DNA of 64,000 nt from Eledone cirrhosa. Its lineage: Eukaryota. Positions 48,540 through 63,600 of the stretch are shown here, in pieces (the stretch's first letter is position 1; every line of letters starts with the position of its first letter). Below the pieces are notes generated by a model that was not told the DNA's origin, searched no databases, and was given only the letters and a program-made list of their open reading frames with translations. The stretch is from NCBI GenBank assembly GCA_964016885.1, contig OZ024740.1:35278001-35342000 (forward strand). The letters are read 5' to 3'. A program made the position numbers and the translations under genes.

Positions 48540-50120
48540 CTGGCCCTACTGTCAAACTCAACACTTGTTAACACCACCCAAAATATAGTCTGTTGCACGG
48601 TGACGTACTGTGTTATTGGTTTAAAAAAGGAAGGAAGAGAGAACAGAGGCTCAAATACAAATGGCTTTAGGTTCCATATGGAAGTTGAGGTGAAATTTGT
48701 GACAGAAGAGAAAGCAAGATCTCTGTATGAGGCTCTAGAACCATTCTGCGAATTCACTGACAGCACCGAGACACTAGAAGGAGTTGAGAAATATGTGAAG
48801 CGAACGGAACTGATATTCACTATACAAGATGTAATCACTGATGTTAAAAAGAAACATCTGATACAGATATGGGGTGGGGTGATGATCCCATGACTTTTCT
48901 ATCATACAGGTAAAGTCAAAACAGAAGATTCATTCATCCAAACCGCGAAAAACACCAAGGATTGTTTGAAAGCAGCAATGAATCAAGTATATCCCATATA
49001 CAAACACTTCCGTGTCATTCCTCAGGGTAACAAGACGTTTCAGACAGGTATCCTCAGGTTTTAGAGCAAGTAATGAGATATCCACTAGGTAATTCTACAC
49101 TAGTACCTGCAGTCAGAGATGCCACCGCCATGCAAGCTTCAAGCTCCTTTCGCATTCGGAAAAAAGCCATCCAGAAGGACCTGTTTATGAAACACTGGTT
49201 ATACTTGGGTTTACTCGTGAGACAACTGACAAGCAAGCGAAGGCTGTACATTCCATTAAGACACCTCATGAGACTCACGACAAGAGAGCTATCTGTGATA
49301 AATGTGGGTCTGAGGAAAAAGGCTTATCTAAGTGGATCATGTCCAGCCAAAGGTAAAAAATGTGGAGTTTGTGGGGAAAGAGGATATTTCCCGAAAGCTG
49401 AGGTTTGCAGTCGGAAAAGAAACGACTAGTCCGTTATCAGACATAAAGGCTCCTGTTCGGGATAACAGAAGTTGAGATTTCAGCGAGAGCAGCGTAGACA
49501 ATGATGTTGGTTGTGTAGTTGTGTGATTTGTAGCCACAGATAAGTGACGATGAAATTGTGAAAGTCTAAGTCTTCATAAATGGTAAGGAGACATTCAAAC
49601 AAGTTGATTATGACTGTAGTAAGACTGATTAGCAACAATGAGTTCAAGAAACTGAATTGTGGCAGTAAATTTTGTTCAATCAATGCCAAGTTCACATTTT
49701 ATGGCACAAAACAACTGCTCCTAATCAAAGGTCGTGCCAAATTAACACTAGGTTCGGTAGGTGGTTCAAAACTAGTCTCATGGATTTACATATAGATGAT
49801 AAAAGTAAATCCTTGTTCGGTTTTGAAGATGCACTTAGCATTTTGCCAACTAACCCAGAAGCCATTGTTGTCAACGCTAACAACGCAACACTATCGAGCT
49901 CCACAGAAAAGATACTCCAAGAAGTTGATCACATATTTGATAGAATTGGATCATTCAATGGTTTAAGATAGATAGGTATGTTACACCAGTAGTTCAAAAA
50001 TATAATCCTATTCCTCTGACGTACAGAGATAGAGTTGATAAACATAGATGAACTTTTAGCTAATGATATTATTGAAGGACCCTTGGGCTCTAAAGAAGAT
50101 TTACAATGGATATCTAAATG
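48540..50120 (+). mobile_element. Decayed Ty3/Gypsy-like gag-pol fragment
   Basis: Knuckle-like CPAKGKKCGVCGERGYFPKAEVC; RT-start-like ELLANDIIEGP..WIS; many stops; no LTR identified. Confidence 0.55.
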
Positions 50121-50529
50121 AAATATGTTTAGAAACATTACTGCAACTGTAAATCTAAATCCACTAACTTGAATACAATTCTGATTATAATTATTTTCCT
50201 TTTTGCAAATTCTGTATCTGTATCTGATTGTTCAAATATACAGAATAAAATATCAACGCATAAAGTTCCATTAGCCGAAAATGTTTCCCGTTTGCTGAAA
50301 ATTGTTATTACTATATTCATTTGTTTAATATTATTATAGCTTAAGAATTATTATCATTAAATTTCATTAAACCTTTATTAAATTAGTCAATATGACTCGT
50401 TGTCAGGCTATTGAATGCTGAAGATAAGGAGAGCTTCAGGCCTTCGCTCATTAGTTAGTTGGCAGTACTTCACGGAGGATATAAACAGCAGAACCTAGAA
50501 ACACCAAACAATGGAGAGTATTTATTTCG

Positions 50530-50745
50530 TACTCTCCAAGTACCGGTCGCTCTCCGACAGGTTCGTGGTCGTCGCCTTGGCAGGGGAGACTTCTGGTGTC
50601 CTTGGCCCTAGGGCTACTTCTCTACTCACCTCCATAGGCGCTGAGCTGGCCAGCCGCAGGTGTGAACCTCGCGAGCTGGAAAAGCTCTTCCAGTGCAGCT
50701 CCCTTACCATCCTCCGTGGAAACGCCTTCTCCATTCTGTCCGCCG
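50530..50745 (+). mobile_element. CRE-like non-LTR RLE C-terminal fragment
   Basis: SKYRSLSDRF..ETSGVLGPRA..IG..EPRE..LFQ..LTILRGNA. Confidence 0.65.
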
Positions 50746-50941
50746 GGGCTGTGGGGAGGCCAGCACGTGGGAGCCCATTTGCTCACCATACAGAGAGATG
50801 GGGAGGGCGAGAGAGATGGAGGCGATGACAGTGGGAGTTCGGATCTTCCACGTTCGGACCATATCCTTGTGATTGTTTCATTAAGTAGTTAATGTCTCGC
50901 AGATCGATATCCATATTCACCCATTCCTCTTTCCTGACGTC

Positions 50942-52888
50942 TGGCTTCGGTGGAGCCCTGATCAACTTGGATCAGTCTAAGGCTTTCGATAGGGTGGACC
51001 ATCGTTACCTGGATGCGGTGCTCGAGGCGGCAGGCTTCGGACCCGTGTTCAGGGGCTGGATTGCTGAAATGCACAGCAGCAACATCTGCTCAAGGGTCAA
51101 GGTGAACGGCTACCTCTCGGAGCCGTTCCATATCACGCGATCCATCCGACAGGGATGCCCTCTTTCCTCCCTTCTGTACGTACTGACTCTCGAGCCACTA
51201 CTGCGGAAGTTGAAGCTGTTGCAGGGCATCCCTTTGGAACCGGGACTGCGAAAAGCGGCGTCGGCCTACGCCGACGACGTGTCAGTAATGGTGTCGAGCA
51301 TCTCACAAATCGAGGAAGTCGGCACCTTACTGAAGGAATACGAAAGGTTCACAGGAGCGAAGATGAACCGGGACAAATCCGTCGGTTTGCAACTCGGAAC
51401 GTGGAGAGGCAAACCGATATCTTCCGATGGCGTCGTCGGACGCTGGACAGAAGGACCGGTAAAGCTGCTCCGTGTCTGGTTTGGTCCGGACCTCCAGGTG
51501 GAGAAGAACTGGAAGGAGGTGACGGCCAAGGTGTTTGCACTCACCCAGAAGTGGGCCGAGTGCAAACTATACTTGAAAGGTCGAGCGGAGGTGGCGAACA
51601 CTTTTATAGCGTCCGTCATCTACTACCGCTTGACCGTCGTGCCTTGTCCAGCCAAAGCGCTCACCAAAATGGAGCGCGTGCTCTTCCAATTCCTTTGGAA
51701 GAAGCAGGCTCCTTTGGTGAGAAGATTCATCTGCTGCCAACACCCTTCAAACGGAGGGCTGGGGATGCCGTGGCTGACGATGCGCAAACACGCGCTCAGG
51801 CTGCGGTACCTCCACGTATTCCTCACCGGACAACCGGTGTGGGCCCCGTTCGTGAGGCGAGCCTTCCCACGACTCGTCTCGCTGACCGAGCTGCAGTCCT
51901 GGGTCAAGCAAAGACCGAGGAAAACGGGCGACTGGCACATCGAATGTGCTCAGGCGCTCACAGCCCTCTGGCAAACGGACCCGGCGATCAGTGGAGACTC
52001 CACTTCGTCATTCTATAGAGGGTTGGTCTGCAGCAAGTGCGACGACGTGCTCGGAGAAACGCTGGGCGTAGAGGAGGACGAACTGGCCAGTCTGTTCGGT
52101 AGGACCTTCCGCCCGGGACCGATGGACAACATTCCAAAAGTCCCTGGCCTGGTAGTGCTACCGAGGAGCTCTACCAGTTCGAGACAAGCTCTACAGACAT
52201 GGGCGCCTGGGCAGGGACTCTGCAAAAAAGATCTGTCCGAGATGCGTGCTCGACGAAGAAACCGTCGCGCACGCATTCATACAGTGCCCGGGCGTCACTG
52301 ACCTGTGGGACTATGTAGAACGACTATTGTCACGGGTGGGACCAATCCAGTTGACCACCGAGTCCATTGTCATGATCAAACCGCCACCCTCCTTCAAAAA
52401 CGAAGGAGAGGCGGTTTTCCTTTGTGTGATAGCTATGGCGAAATAGGTTGTATGGTGGACAAGGTTGAAAGGGCTGAGGTCAGATACCTTTCTCTCCGGC
52501 CAACAACTGATTCTTTTTTTAAAATACCACTTTGGAAGAAGAATCAGGATGGAGAGAGAGGTGCTGTATCCCAGCAAGTTTTATGAAAGTTGGGTGAAAG
52601 TGGCGAGAATGGCCCGAGTGAATGGGCCTTCTCTCTATATCAGCCTGTAGGTTGAGGAAAAGGAGGGTGAGAGGAAAGGAGTACAAACTCTTCGTACTCC
52701 TGGAGATGAGGGTTGCACATTTTTTCGGGGGTATGTGTTACCCATATAAACTGTCTCCCTCTATTGGGGAAAATCGACTAACTTTTTAAATTCCATTTGT
52801 GATAACATTTTACACGTTTTTATTGTATGTAAACTTCCCCCTCTGTATTTGTCCCCTTCTTTTGTGCCCCTGTGGCTAATAAAGAAAC
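50942..52888 (+). mobile_element. Tx1/L1-clade family B, 5'-truncated copy 1, followed by (ATCT)n at 52891-52966
   Basis: RT/CCHC homologous to family A (LINLDQSKAFDRVDHRYL, SAYADD); ends GTGGCTAATAAAGAAAC. Confidence 0.9.
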
Positions 52889-52889
52889 A

Positions 52890-52967
<78 letters not shown>

Positions 52968-52979
52968 GTTAATCTGTCT

Positions 52980-55900
52980 ACAAATGTTCATGGTTGCCTA
53001 TTCAGATCACAAATTAGTGACCTGCTTAGTCAACTTTGACAAAACCCATAGACAGGGACTCGGCTACTGGAAGCTGAACTTGTCGTTACCGACATGCAAA
53101 GCCTACAGTAGGCGGATTAGCACTTTAGTTAAGCAGCACTTGACGGGGGCCATTGTCAACAACAGATGGTGGTACTCTCTCAAAAGGGCAGTTAGATTAG
53201 ACTCGATAGGTTTTAGTAAAGAATTAGTGTTAGATAGAAATAAGACCAAAAAGGAACTGGTAGATAAAGTAGAAGAGGCACTTAGGAGTGGCAACGTAGC
53301 CAGCGTGTTAGCGACGAGAACGGCCTTGGACCAGTTCTTCGACGCAAAGCATGAAGGCTGCGTTGTCAGAAGCAAAATACGTGCTCTGGGAAACGAGGGA
53401 GCCAAAGCTGTTAGCTGGGCCCGAGTGACGGAGGCGAAAAGTGGCAACAAGTCCACGATTCGGTCTTTGAAGGACCAAGACGGATGCGTGATACGTGAGC
53501 CGAAGCAAATGTGCGCGGCCTTCAGCGGCACTTTGCTCAACTGTTCGGGAAGGGTGGCGCGCCGGGAGGGGCTATGTATTTCGGTTCATACCTCGACGGC
53601 CTACCGCGACTCTCAGACAGCGAGGCGAAGTTCTGCGAAAGGCCGATTTCGGCCGCTGAGATAGGGGACGCGCTGAGCCAATGCGGCAAACGCAAATCTC
53701 CAGGTCTCGACGGTCTCCCCTACGAATTTTACGTAGCAATTTCGGACTTGTTCTCCGGTCTCCTGGAAGCGGTCTACTGCAACTGGCGGCAAAACGGGAG
53801 AATTCCCTGTTCTGTGACCAAGGGCGTAATCACGTTAGTCAGGAAGGACAAGAACAAGGGGGATGACATAGGCAACTTCCGGCCCACAACTCTGCTCAAC
53901 ACAGAGGTACAGATTTTGGCCAAGGTGTTGGCAAAGAGGCTGGGGCTTGTCGTCGAAAACCTGGTGGGAGAAGCGCAGACATGAGCAATCCCGACCAGGT
54001 CCATACACGACAAACTCCACCTCATGCGATACATCATAGAGAGGGTAGGGTGTAAACCCGGCTTCGGTGGGGCCCTGATCAACTTGGATCAGTCTAAGGC
54101 TTTCGATAGGGTTGACCATCGTTATGCGGTGCTCGAGGCGGCAGGCTTCGGTCCCGTGTTCAGGAGCTGGATTGCTGAAATGAACAACAGCGACATCAGC
54201 TCAAGAGTCAAGGTGAACGGCTACCTCTCGGAGCCGTTCCATATCACGCGATCCATCCGACAGGGATACCCTCTCTCCTCCCTTCTGTATGTACTGACTG
54301 TCGAGCCACTACTGCGGAAGTTGAAGCTATTGCAGGGCATCCCTTTGTAACCGGGACTGCGAAAAGCGGCGTCGGCCTACGCCGACGACGTGTCAGTAAT
54401 GGTGTCGAGCACCTTCGAAATCGGGGAGGTCGGCACCTTACCGAAGGAATACAAAAGGTTCACAGGAGCGAAGATGAACCGGGACAAATCCGTCGGTTTG
54501 CAACTCGGAACGTGGAGAGGCATACCGATGCCTTCCGATGACGTCGTCTGACGCTGGACAGAAGGACCGGTAAAGCTGCTCGGTGTCTGGTTTGGTCCTG
54601 ACCTCCAGGTGGAGAAGAACTGGAACGAGGTGACGGCCAAGGTGTTTGCGCTCACCCAGAAGTGGGCCGAGTGCAAACTATCCTTGAAAGGTCGAGCGGA
54701 GGTGGTGAACACTTTTATAGCGTGCGTCATCTACTGCCGCTTGACCGTTGTGCCTTGTCCAGCCAAAACGCTCACCAAAATGGAGCGCGCGCTCTTCCAA
54801 TTCCTTTGGAAGAAGCAGGCTCCTTTGGTGAGAAGATTCATCTGCTGCCAACACCCTTCAAACGGAGGGCTGGGGATGCCGTGGTTGACGATGCGCAAAC
54901 ACGCGCTCAGGCTGCGGCACCTCCACGTATTCCTCACCGGACAACCGGTGTGGGCCCGTTCGTGAGGCGAGCCTTCCCACGACTCGTCTCGCTGACCGAG
55001 CTGCAGTCCTGGGTCAAGCAAAGACCGAGGAAAATGGGCGACTGGCACATCGAATGTGCTCAGGCACTCACAGTCTTCTGGCAAACGGACCCGGCGGTCA
55101 GTGGAGGCTCCACTTCAACATTCTATAGAGGGTTGGTCCTCAGCAAGTGCGACGACACGCTCGGAGAAACTCTAGGCGTAGAGGAGGACGAACTGGCCAG
55201 TCTGTTCGGTAGGACCTTCCGCCCTGGACCAATGGACAACTTCCAAAAGTCCTTGGCCTGGCAGTGCTACCGAGGAGCTCTACCAGTTCGAGACAAGCTC
55301 TACAGACACGGGCGCCCGGGCAGGGACCCTTCGAAAAAGATCTGTCCGAGATGCGTGCTCGACGAGGAAACCGTCGCACACGCATTTGTACACTGTCCAG
55401 GCGTTACCGACCTGTGGGGCTATGTAGAACGATTATTGTCGCGGGTGGGACCAATCCAGTTGACCACCGAGTCCATTGTCATGATCAAACCGCCAGCCTC
55501 CTTCAAAAACGAGGGAGAGGCGGTTTTTCTATGTGTTATGGCTATGGTGAAAGAGGTTATATGGTGGACGAGGTTAAAAGGGCTGAGGTCAGACACCTTT
55601 CTCTCCGGCGAACAACTGATTCGTTTTTTCAAATATCATTTTGGAAGAAGAATCAGGATGGAGAGAGAGGTGCTGTACCCCAGCAAATTTTATAAAAGGT
55701 GGTGAATGTGGCAAAGATGGCCCGAGTGGTTGGGCCTTCTCTCTATATAAGCCTATAGGTTGAGGAAAAAGAGGAAGAGAGGAAGGGAGTACTCACTGTT
55801 GGTGCTCCTGGAGATGAGGGTTGTACATTTTTTAGGGGTGTGTACAACCCCTGTGTAAAACCTTCCCCCTATTGGGGATTTCAATTGTTATTTGTTATTG

Positions 55901-55988
55901 TATTAATAGTTTTATTTTCATATACCTGTATGTAAACTCTCCATTTGTATTTGTCCCCTTCTTTTGTGCCATTGTGGCTAATAAAGAA
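52980..55988 (+). mobile_element. Tx1/L1-clade family B, 5'-truncated copy 2, followed by (ATCT)n at 55989-56026
   Basis: Begins at the end of the APE domain (YSDHKLV) just after the (ATCT)n tract; has stops and frameshifts; ends GTGGCTAATAAAGAA. Confidence 0.9.
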
Positions 55989-56026
<38 letters not shown>

Positions 56027-57184
56027 AAAACAAATGACCTATGTTGCAACAAGTATCCCACGCTAAACATGCTTTACTTCATATAGTTACGGCTCTTTTC
56101 CTTCTGAGTTCAAATCCCACCGAAGTCAGCTTTGTATTTTAATCTCACAGGGTCGATGAAATAATGTACCAGTAACGCACTGGATCGATTTAATCGACTT
56201 TCCCTTTGCCCCCAAATTGCTGACATTGAGCCAATATTAGAAATAATTATTTTTGCAATCATTCATTAATTGAACAATTTCTATAATTGTTGAATAACGT
56301 TTATTACTTTACCTCACGATACCGTCTCAATGAGGTCACTCGATCTGCTAAAGATCACAGCCAAATCTCCCTAATATTCTTATTTTAAACAACAAAAGTC
56401 GATTCCAGAAAATCACAACCTCGCATCTTAAACAACAACAACAACAATCTAATATAAAATGATTGGAGAAATGCGAGACTGTGTCAGGGATATTTTTTCT
56501 GAACACGTTATGAAGATAAGTTGGATTACTTTGAATAAATCATGGATGAATATTATGTAATTTATCTACTAAATTTCGTAGCTCTTGATTAAACATAAAT
56601 ATTCTTATATATAATGTATTGCTTATTCTAAGACTCACTTCTTTTAAAATGTTCAAATGTTAACACTTCCGGTTAGCGTCCGTTATATCTTAACACTTCG
56701 CCGTACGCTACATAAAATCGTTTATATAAACGTTCATGTATTTGCATTGTTATATGACGTTTATATTTCAGTCGCTAATTTTCTCCTTTTTCGTTTTCAT
56801 AACATTTCAGCGTAATGCAGTTTATATATAATATCGACTTTTTAAAATGATTCGTGGATTACTTTACTGATTACAGAAGAGAGTGTAACACAGTCTCTCT
56901 TCAATTTCTGTGCATATTCCCAATTTAATTTTCATTTGACGTATCATATCTACATGCATAGATATTTGCGTATAATATCAATATGCATACTATATATGCC
57001 AGCAGAAAACCACCCGAAGGGTGGTTTATCTGCTAGTAGTAATAATTGTTTCTACTTTTGGCACAAGGCCAGCAATTACCCAGTACATTACTGGTACTTT
57101 ATTTTATCGACCCCGTAAGGATGAAAGGCAAAGTTAACCTCGGCGGGATTTGAACTCAGAATGGCAAGTAGTAATAATGATAAT

Positions 57185-58210
57185 GTCTTTATTATTAGCC
57201 ACAAGGGCTGAACATATAGGACAATACAACCACGGAAAATGGGGTTTTACATAAGATCGTGCAAAAAACAATGCAATAAAAGCAATTAACAATACAATAA
57301 AAACAACAGAATTCCCAAATATGGGGCATATCACCCAGGGGTGACGTTAGGAACCCCACAAATTCTAACCCACCTTAATCGTCAAGAGTACCATAGGAAG
57401 GTGCCCCTCCCTTTTTTAAACCCTTCAGCCTACAGGCACATAGTCAGAGTAGGCCCACTCACACGGGCCATCCTCGCAACATTTACCCACCTTTTCACAA
57501 ATGTACGGGTGGGTGGGGGTTGGGGTGGGGGTGGGGGGTGGTCGCAGCAGCACTTCCCTCTCCACCCTCACCTCCCTTTCCAAGTGGAACATGAAAAATT
57601 GATGGGGGATGGGTCGGAGAGAAAAGTGTCTGTCTTCAGTCGTTTCAGCCTGGTTCACCACACAACCTCTTTCGCTACCGTCACCATACAGACGAGAACT
57701 GCCCGTCCTTCCCAGCCAAAAGAAAGCGGCGGGTCGATCTTCACTATGGATTCGGTTGACAGCTAGATCCGTACTACACGAGATAACAGCTGTTCGACGT
57801 AACTCCACAAGTCAGTAATGCACGGACACTGGATGAGTGCCTGCAGAACGGCCTCGTCGCTCTGAGCGCACTTCCGTGCCTATAGAGTTTATCTCGAACC
57901 GGCAGTGCCCACCGGTAGCACTGCTAAGCGAGAGACTTCTGGAAATTGTTCATAGAACTCGGCTGATATATCTATGTAAAGCTCGTAGGGTAGACCATCC
58001 CAACTGGGTGACTTGCACCTGCTTCAGCGGACTAGAGCCTCCCGAATTTTAGCTGAAGTTATTGGCTTTTCGCAGCGCTCAGCATCGGCTGGCGAGAGAC
58101 GCGTTAGGCCGTCGATGTAGCAACTGAAATCTGCTATTGTCTCCAACCCATCATTCCTCCCGAACAGCTGAGCAAAGTGTTGGCAAAAGGTCTCACACAT
58201 CTGCCTGGAA
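57185..58210 (-). mobile_element. Tx1-like family C remnant, internally deleted, next to a SINE
   Basis: KEVVW*TRLKRLKTDTFLS..LEREVRVEREVL; minus strand ends CTTGTGGCTAATAATAAAGAC then ATTATCATTATTAC. Confidence 0.75.
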
Positions 58211-58754
58211 TCGTTCAGCTCGCGTTCGTCTTGGTCGGAATTGTGGTTTTGTTACCATGCCGTGCCTGACACGCAGAACCATCGAACAGTTTTTGTTCTG
58301 TCGTTTCTTGGAGCACGCGCCCTCTGGAACGTCTCGCCCATTACAATTAGTAAATTGCTTTTCTTTGTTGATTTTTTTTATTGCTTTGTAATTGAATCGG
58401 ATCATTTGGAAAAGCTGAATATTTTAAAATTAGGTAATATCATTCCCACACATGTAATGTGGCTACGTAAGAGATTTGTCTGGTGTTTTCATCACAGATT
58501 TGTTGGTGGTGTATGCATTCCCGTCTATCCTATGTAATTTTGAAAACCCTAATCCATGTAATAACATGTTGCAGGTGAAATTTTCTTTTAAATTACACCC
58601 CACCACATAAGTGAACTAGAAGATTATCCGGCATGGCTCAGGAAATAGGAAAAAAACTGTTGATAGCCTATTTATATGAATTTCTTATTTCAAACACAAT
58701 ATTTATATTTTTTGTAACAGACATACAGGTTTTTTTATTTTTTTTATTTTACAG

Positions 58755-59395
58755 ACACCACATACACGCCCCTCCCACACCCCTACACAACACACACGTA
58801 CCTCACATCCACCCACCACACCCACACCTCACACCCACCCAAGGCACCCACGCCTCACACCCACCCAACACACACACACCTCACACCCACCCAACACACA
58901 CACACCTCACACCCACCCAACACACACCTCACACCCACCCAACACATACACACACACCTCATACCCACCCAACACACACACACACACCTCACACCCACCC
59001 AACACACACACATACATACCCACCCACACCCACCCACGACCCACCACACAACCACAAACGCACCACACACACACCTCATACCCACCCAACACACACATAC
59101 ACACACCTCACACACACCTCAACGACACCTCGCACACACCCAACACCCACCGACCCACATCCACCCACACCCACCCACAACCACACCACACCCACACCTC
59201 ACATCCACCCAACACCCACCACACCCAACACACACCACATACCCACAAACACACCGCGCATACACCCCACACCCACCCAACACCCACACACCTTACACAC
59301 GCCCCACACCCACACTACACACACATACACCTCACACACACCCAATACACAGACACACCTCACACCACCCAACACACACACACCTCACACCACCC

Positions 59396-59486
<91 letters not shown>

Positions 59487-60604
59487 CTCACACACACCCA
59501 ATACCCACCCAAAACCCCAACATACATCAAACCCACACACCCACCTCACACCCACCCAACACACACACACACCTCACACACTCAATACACACACACCTCA
59601 CACCCACCCAACACATACACACATACCCCACACCCACCCAACACACAATCACACCTCAAACACGCCCAATACACACACACACCTCACACACACCCAATAC
59701 ACACACACACCTCACACCCACCCACCACATACACACACACCCCACACCCACCCAACATACACACACACACCTCAAACACACCCAATACACACACACACCT
59801 CACACACACTTCACACCGACCCAACACACACACACACACCTCAAACACACCCAATACACACACACACCTCACACCCACCCAACGTACACTCAGACACCTC
59901 ACACACACCCAAAACAAACACACACCTCACACACCCAATACATACACACACCTCACACCACCCAACACACAGACACACACACACGCACACACATACACAC
60001 ACACACACCTCACACACACCCAATACCCCCACCCCCAACCCCAACACACAGCCAACCCACGCACCCACCTCACACCCACCAAACACACACACACACCTCA
60101 CACACACCCAATACACACACACCTCACACCCACCCAACACATACACACACAGCCCACACCCACCCAACACACACACACACCTCAAACACACCCAATACAC
60201 ACACACACCTCACACACACCCAATACACACACACACCTCACACACACCCACCACATACACAAACACCCCACACCCACCCAACATTCACACACACACCTCA
60301 AACACACCCAATACACACACCACACCTCACACACACCTCACACCCACCCAACACACACACACACACACACACACATCTCAAACACACCCAATACACATAC
60401 ACACCTCACAACCACCCAACGTACACTCAGACACCTCACACACACCCAAAACATACACACACCTCACACCCACCCAACACACACACACACACCTCAGACA
60501 CACCCAACACACACACCCACCCAACACCTCATACTCACCCAACACCTCACACCCACCCTACAAACACAAACACACCCACCCAACATCACAAACACACACA
60601 CACA
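58755..60604. repeat. CA-rich cryptic tandem repeat (ACACCTCACACCCACCCAACAC variants and (CA)n)
   Basis: Almost only A/C on the + strand. Confidence 0.92.
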
Positions 60605-60632
60605 TATATCAGGCATATCAACTTTCCCGCAT

Positions 60633-63600
60633 TGAACCTCAAGAAACTTCATTTTTGTCAAGTGTAGCCCCTCAACTCCTAGAACCTCAAGAAACTTCAT
60701 TTTTGTCAAGTGTAGCCCCCCAACTTCTAGAACCTCAAGAAACATCATATTTGTCAAGTGTAACCCCCAACTCCTAGAACCTCAAGAAACTTCATTTTTG
60801 TCAAGTGTAGCCCCCCCCCCGGCTCCTAGAACCTCAAGAAGCTTCATTTTTGTCAAGTGTAGCCCCCAACTACTAGAACGTCAAGAAACTTGATTTTTGT
60901 CAGGTATAGCTCCCAACTCCTAGAACCTCAAGAAACTTGATTTTGGTCAAGTGTAACTCCCAAATCCTAGAACGTCAAGAAACTTCATTTTTGTCAAGTG
61001 TAGCCCAACACCTAGAACTTCAAGAAACTTCATTTTGGTCAAGTGTAACTCCCAAATCCTAGAACCTCAAGAATCTTCATTTTTGTCAAGTGTAGACCCC
61101 CGACTCCTAGAACCTTAAGAAACTTCACTTTTGTCAAGTGTAGCCCCCGACAACTAGAACCTCAAGAAACTTCATTTTTGACAAGTGTAGACCCCAACTT
61201 CTAGAACCTCAAGAAACTTCATATTTGTCAAGTGTAACCCCCAACTCCTAGAACCTCAAGAAGCTTCATTTTTGTCAAGTGTAGCCCCAACTACTAGAAC
61301 GTCAAGAAACTTCATTTTTGTCAAGTGTAGCCTCCAACTCCTAGAACCTCAAGAAACTTCATTTTTGACAAGTGTAGCCCCCCGACTCCTAGAACCTCAA
61401 GAAACTTGATTTTGGTCAAGTGTAACACCCAAATCCTATAACCTCAAGAAACTTCATTTTTGTCAAGTGTAGCCCCCAACTCCTAGAACTTCAAGAAACT
61501 TCACTTTTGTCAAGTGTAGCCCCCGACAACTAGAACCTCAAGAAACTTCATTTTTGTCAAGTGTAGACCCCAACTCCTAGAACGTCAAGAAACTTCATTT
61601 TTGTCAAGTGTAGCCCAACACCTAGAACCTCAAGAATCTTCATATTTGTCAAGTGTAGATCCCAACTTCTAGAACCTCAAGAAACCTCATATTTGTCAAG
61701 TGTAATCCCCAACTCCTAGAACCTCAAGAAACTTCATTTTTGTCAAGTGTAGCCCCCCCCCCCCCCGGCTCCTAGAACCTAAAGAAGCTTCATTTTTGTC
61801 AAGTGTAGCCTCCAACTACTAGAACGTCAAGAAACTTGATTTTTGTCAGGTGTAGCTCCCAAATCCTAGAACCTCAAGAAACTTCATATTTGTCAAGTGT
61901 AACCCCCAACTCCTAGAACCTCAAGAAGCTTCATTTTTGTCAAGTGTAGCCCCAACTACTAGAACGTCAAGAAACTTCATTTTTGTCAAGTGTAGCCTCC
62001 AACTCCTAGAACCTCAAGAAACTTCATTTTTGACAAGTGTAGCCCCCCGACTCCTAGAACCTCAAGAAACTTGATTTTGGTCAAGTGTAACACCCAAATC
62101 CTATAACCTCAAGAAACTTCATTTTTGTCAAGTGTAGCCCCCAACTCCTAGAACTTCAAGAAACTTCACTTTTGTCAAGTGTAGCCCCCGACAACTAGAA
62201 CCTCAAGAAACTTCATTTTTGTCAAGTGTAGACCCCAACTCCTAGAACGTCAAGAAACTTCATTTTTGTCAAGTGTAGCCCAACACCTAGAACCTCAAGA
62301 ATCTTCATATTTGTCAAGTGTAGATCCCAACTTCTAGAACCTCAAGAAACCTCATATTTGTCAAGTGTAATCCCCAACTCCTAGAACCTCAAGAAACTTC
62401 ATTTTTGTCAAGTGTAGCCCCCCCCCCCGGCTCCTAGAACCTAAAGAAGCTTCATTTTTGTCAAGTGTAGCCTCCAACTACTAGAACGTCAAGAAACTTG
62501 ATTTTTGTCAGGTGTAGCTCCCAAATCCTAGAACCTCAAGAAACTTCATTTTTGTCAAGTGTAGCCCCCGACTCCTAGAACCTCAAGAAACTTGATTTTG
62601 GTCAAGTGTAACTCCCAAATCCTAGAACCTCAAGAATCTTCATTTTTGTCAAGTGTAGACCCCCGACTCCTAGAACCTCAAGAAACTTCACATTTGTCAA
62701 GTGTAGCCCCCGACAACTAGAACCTAAAGAAGCTTCATTTTTGTCAAGTGTAGCCTCCAACTACTAGAACGTCAAGAAACTTGATTTTTGTCAGGTGTAG
62801 CTCCCAAATCCTAGAACCTCAAGAAACTTCATTTTTGTCAAGTGTAGCCCACAACTCCTAGAACCTCAAGAAACTTCATTTTTGTCAAGTGTAGCCCCCC
62901 GACTCCTAGAACCTCAAGAAACTTGATTTTGGTCAAGTGTAACTCCCAAATCCTAGAACCTCAAGAAACTTCATTTTTGTCAAGTGTAGCCCCCAACTCC
63001 TAGAATGTCAAGAAACTTCATTTTTGTCAAGTGTAGCCCAACACCTAGAACCTCAAGAATCTTCATTTTTGTCAAGTGTAGCCCAACACCTAGAACCTCA
63101 AGAAACTTCATTTTTCAAACTTCAAGTGTAGACCCCCGACTCCTAGAACCTCAAGAAACTTCACATTTGTCAAGTGTAGCCCCCGACAACTAGAACCTGA
63201 AGAAACTTCATTTTTGTCAAGTGTAGCCCAACACCTAGAACCTCAAGAAACTTCATTTTTGTCAAGTGTAGACCGCCCCCCGACTATTGGAACCTCAAGA
63301 AACTTAATTTTGTCAATTATAGCCCCAACTCCTAGAACGTCAAGAAACTTCATTTTTGTCAAGTGTAGCCCCCCAAAACCTAGAACCTCAAGAAACTTCA
63401 TTCTTGTCAAGTGTAGCCCCTCCCGGCTCCTAGAACCTCAAGAAGCTTCATTTTTGTCAAGTGTAGCACCCCAACTGCTAGAAGCCCAAGAAAATTTATT
63501 TTTGTCAAGTGTAGGCCCCAACTCCTAGATCTCAAGAAACTTCATTTTTGTCAAGTATAGCACCCCGACTTCTAGAACCTCAAGAAACTTCATTTTTATC

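Noticed and set aside
58633-60777. 714-aa His/Thr/Pro-rich ORF
   Set aside because: Arises from an A/C-only repeat that rarely forms stops, running into satellite; no domain evidence
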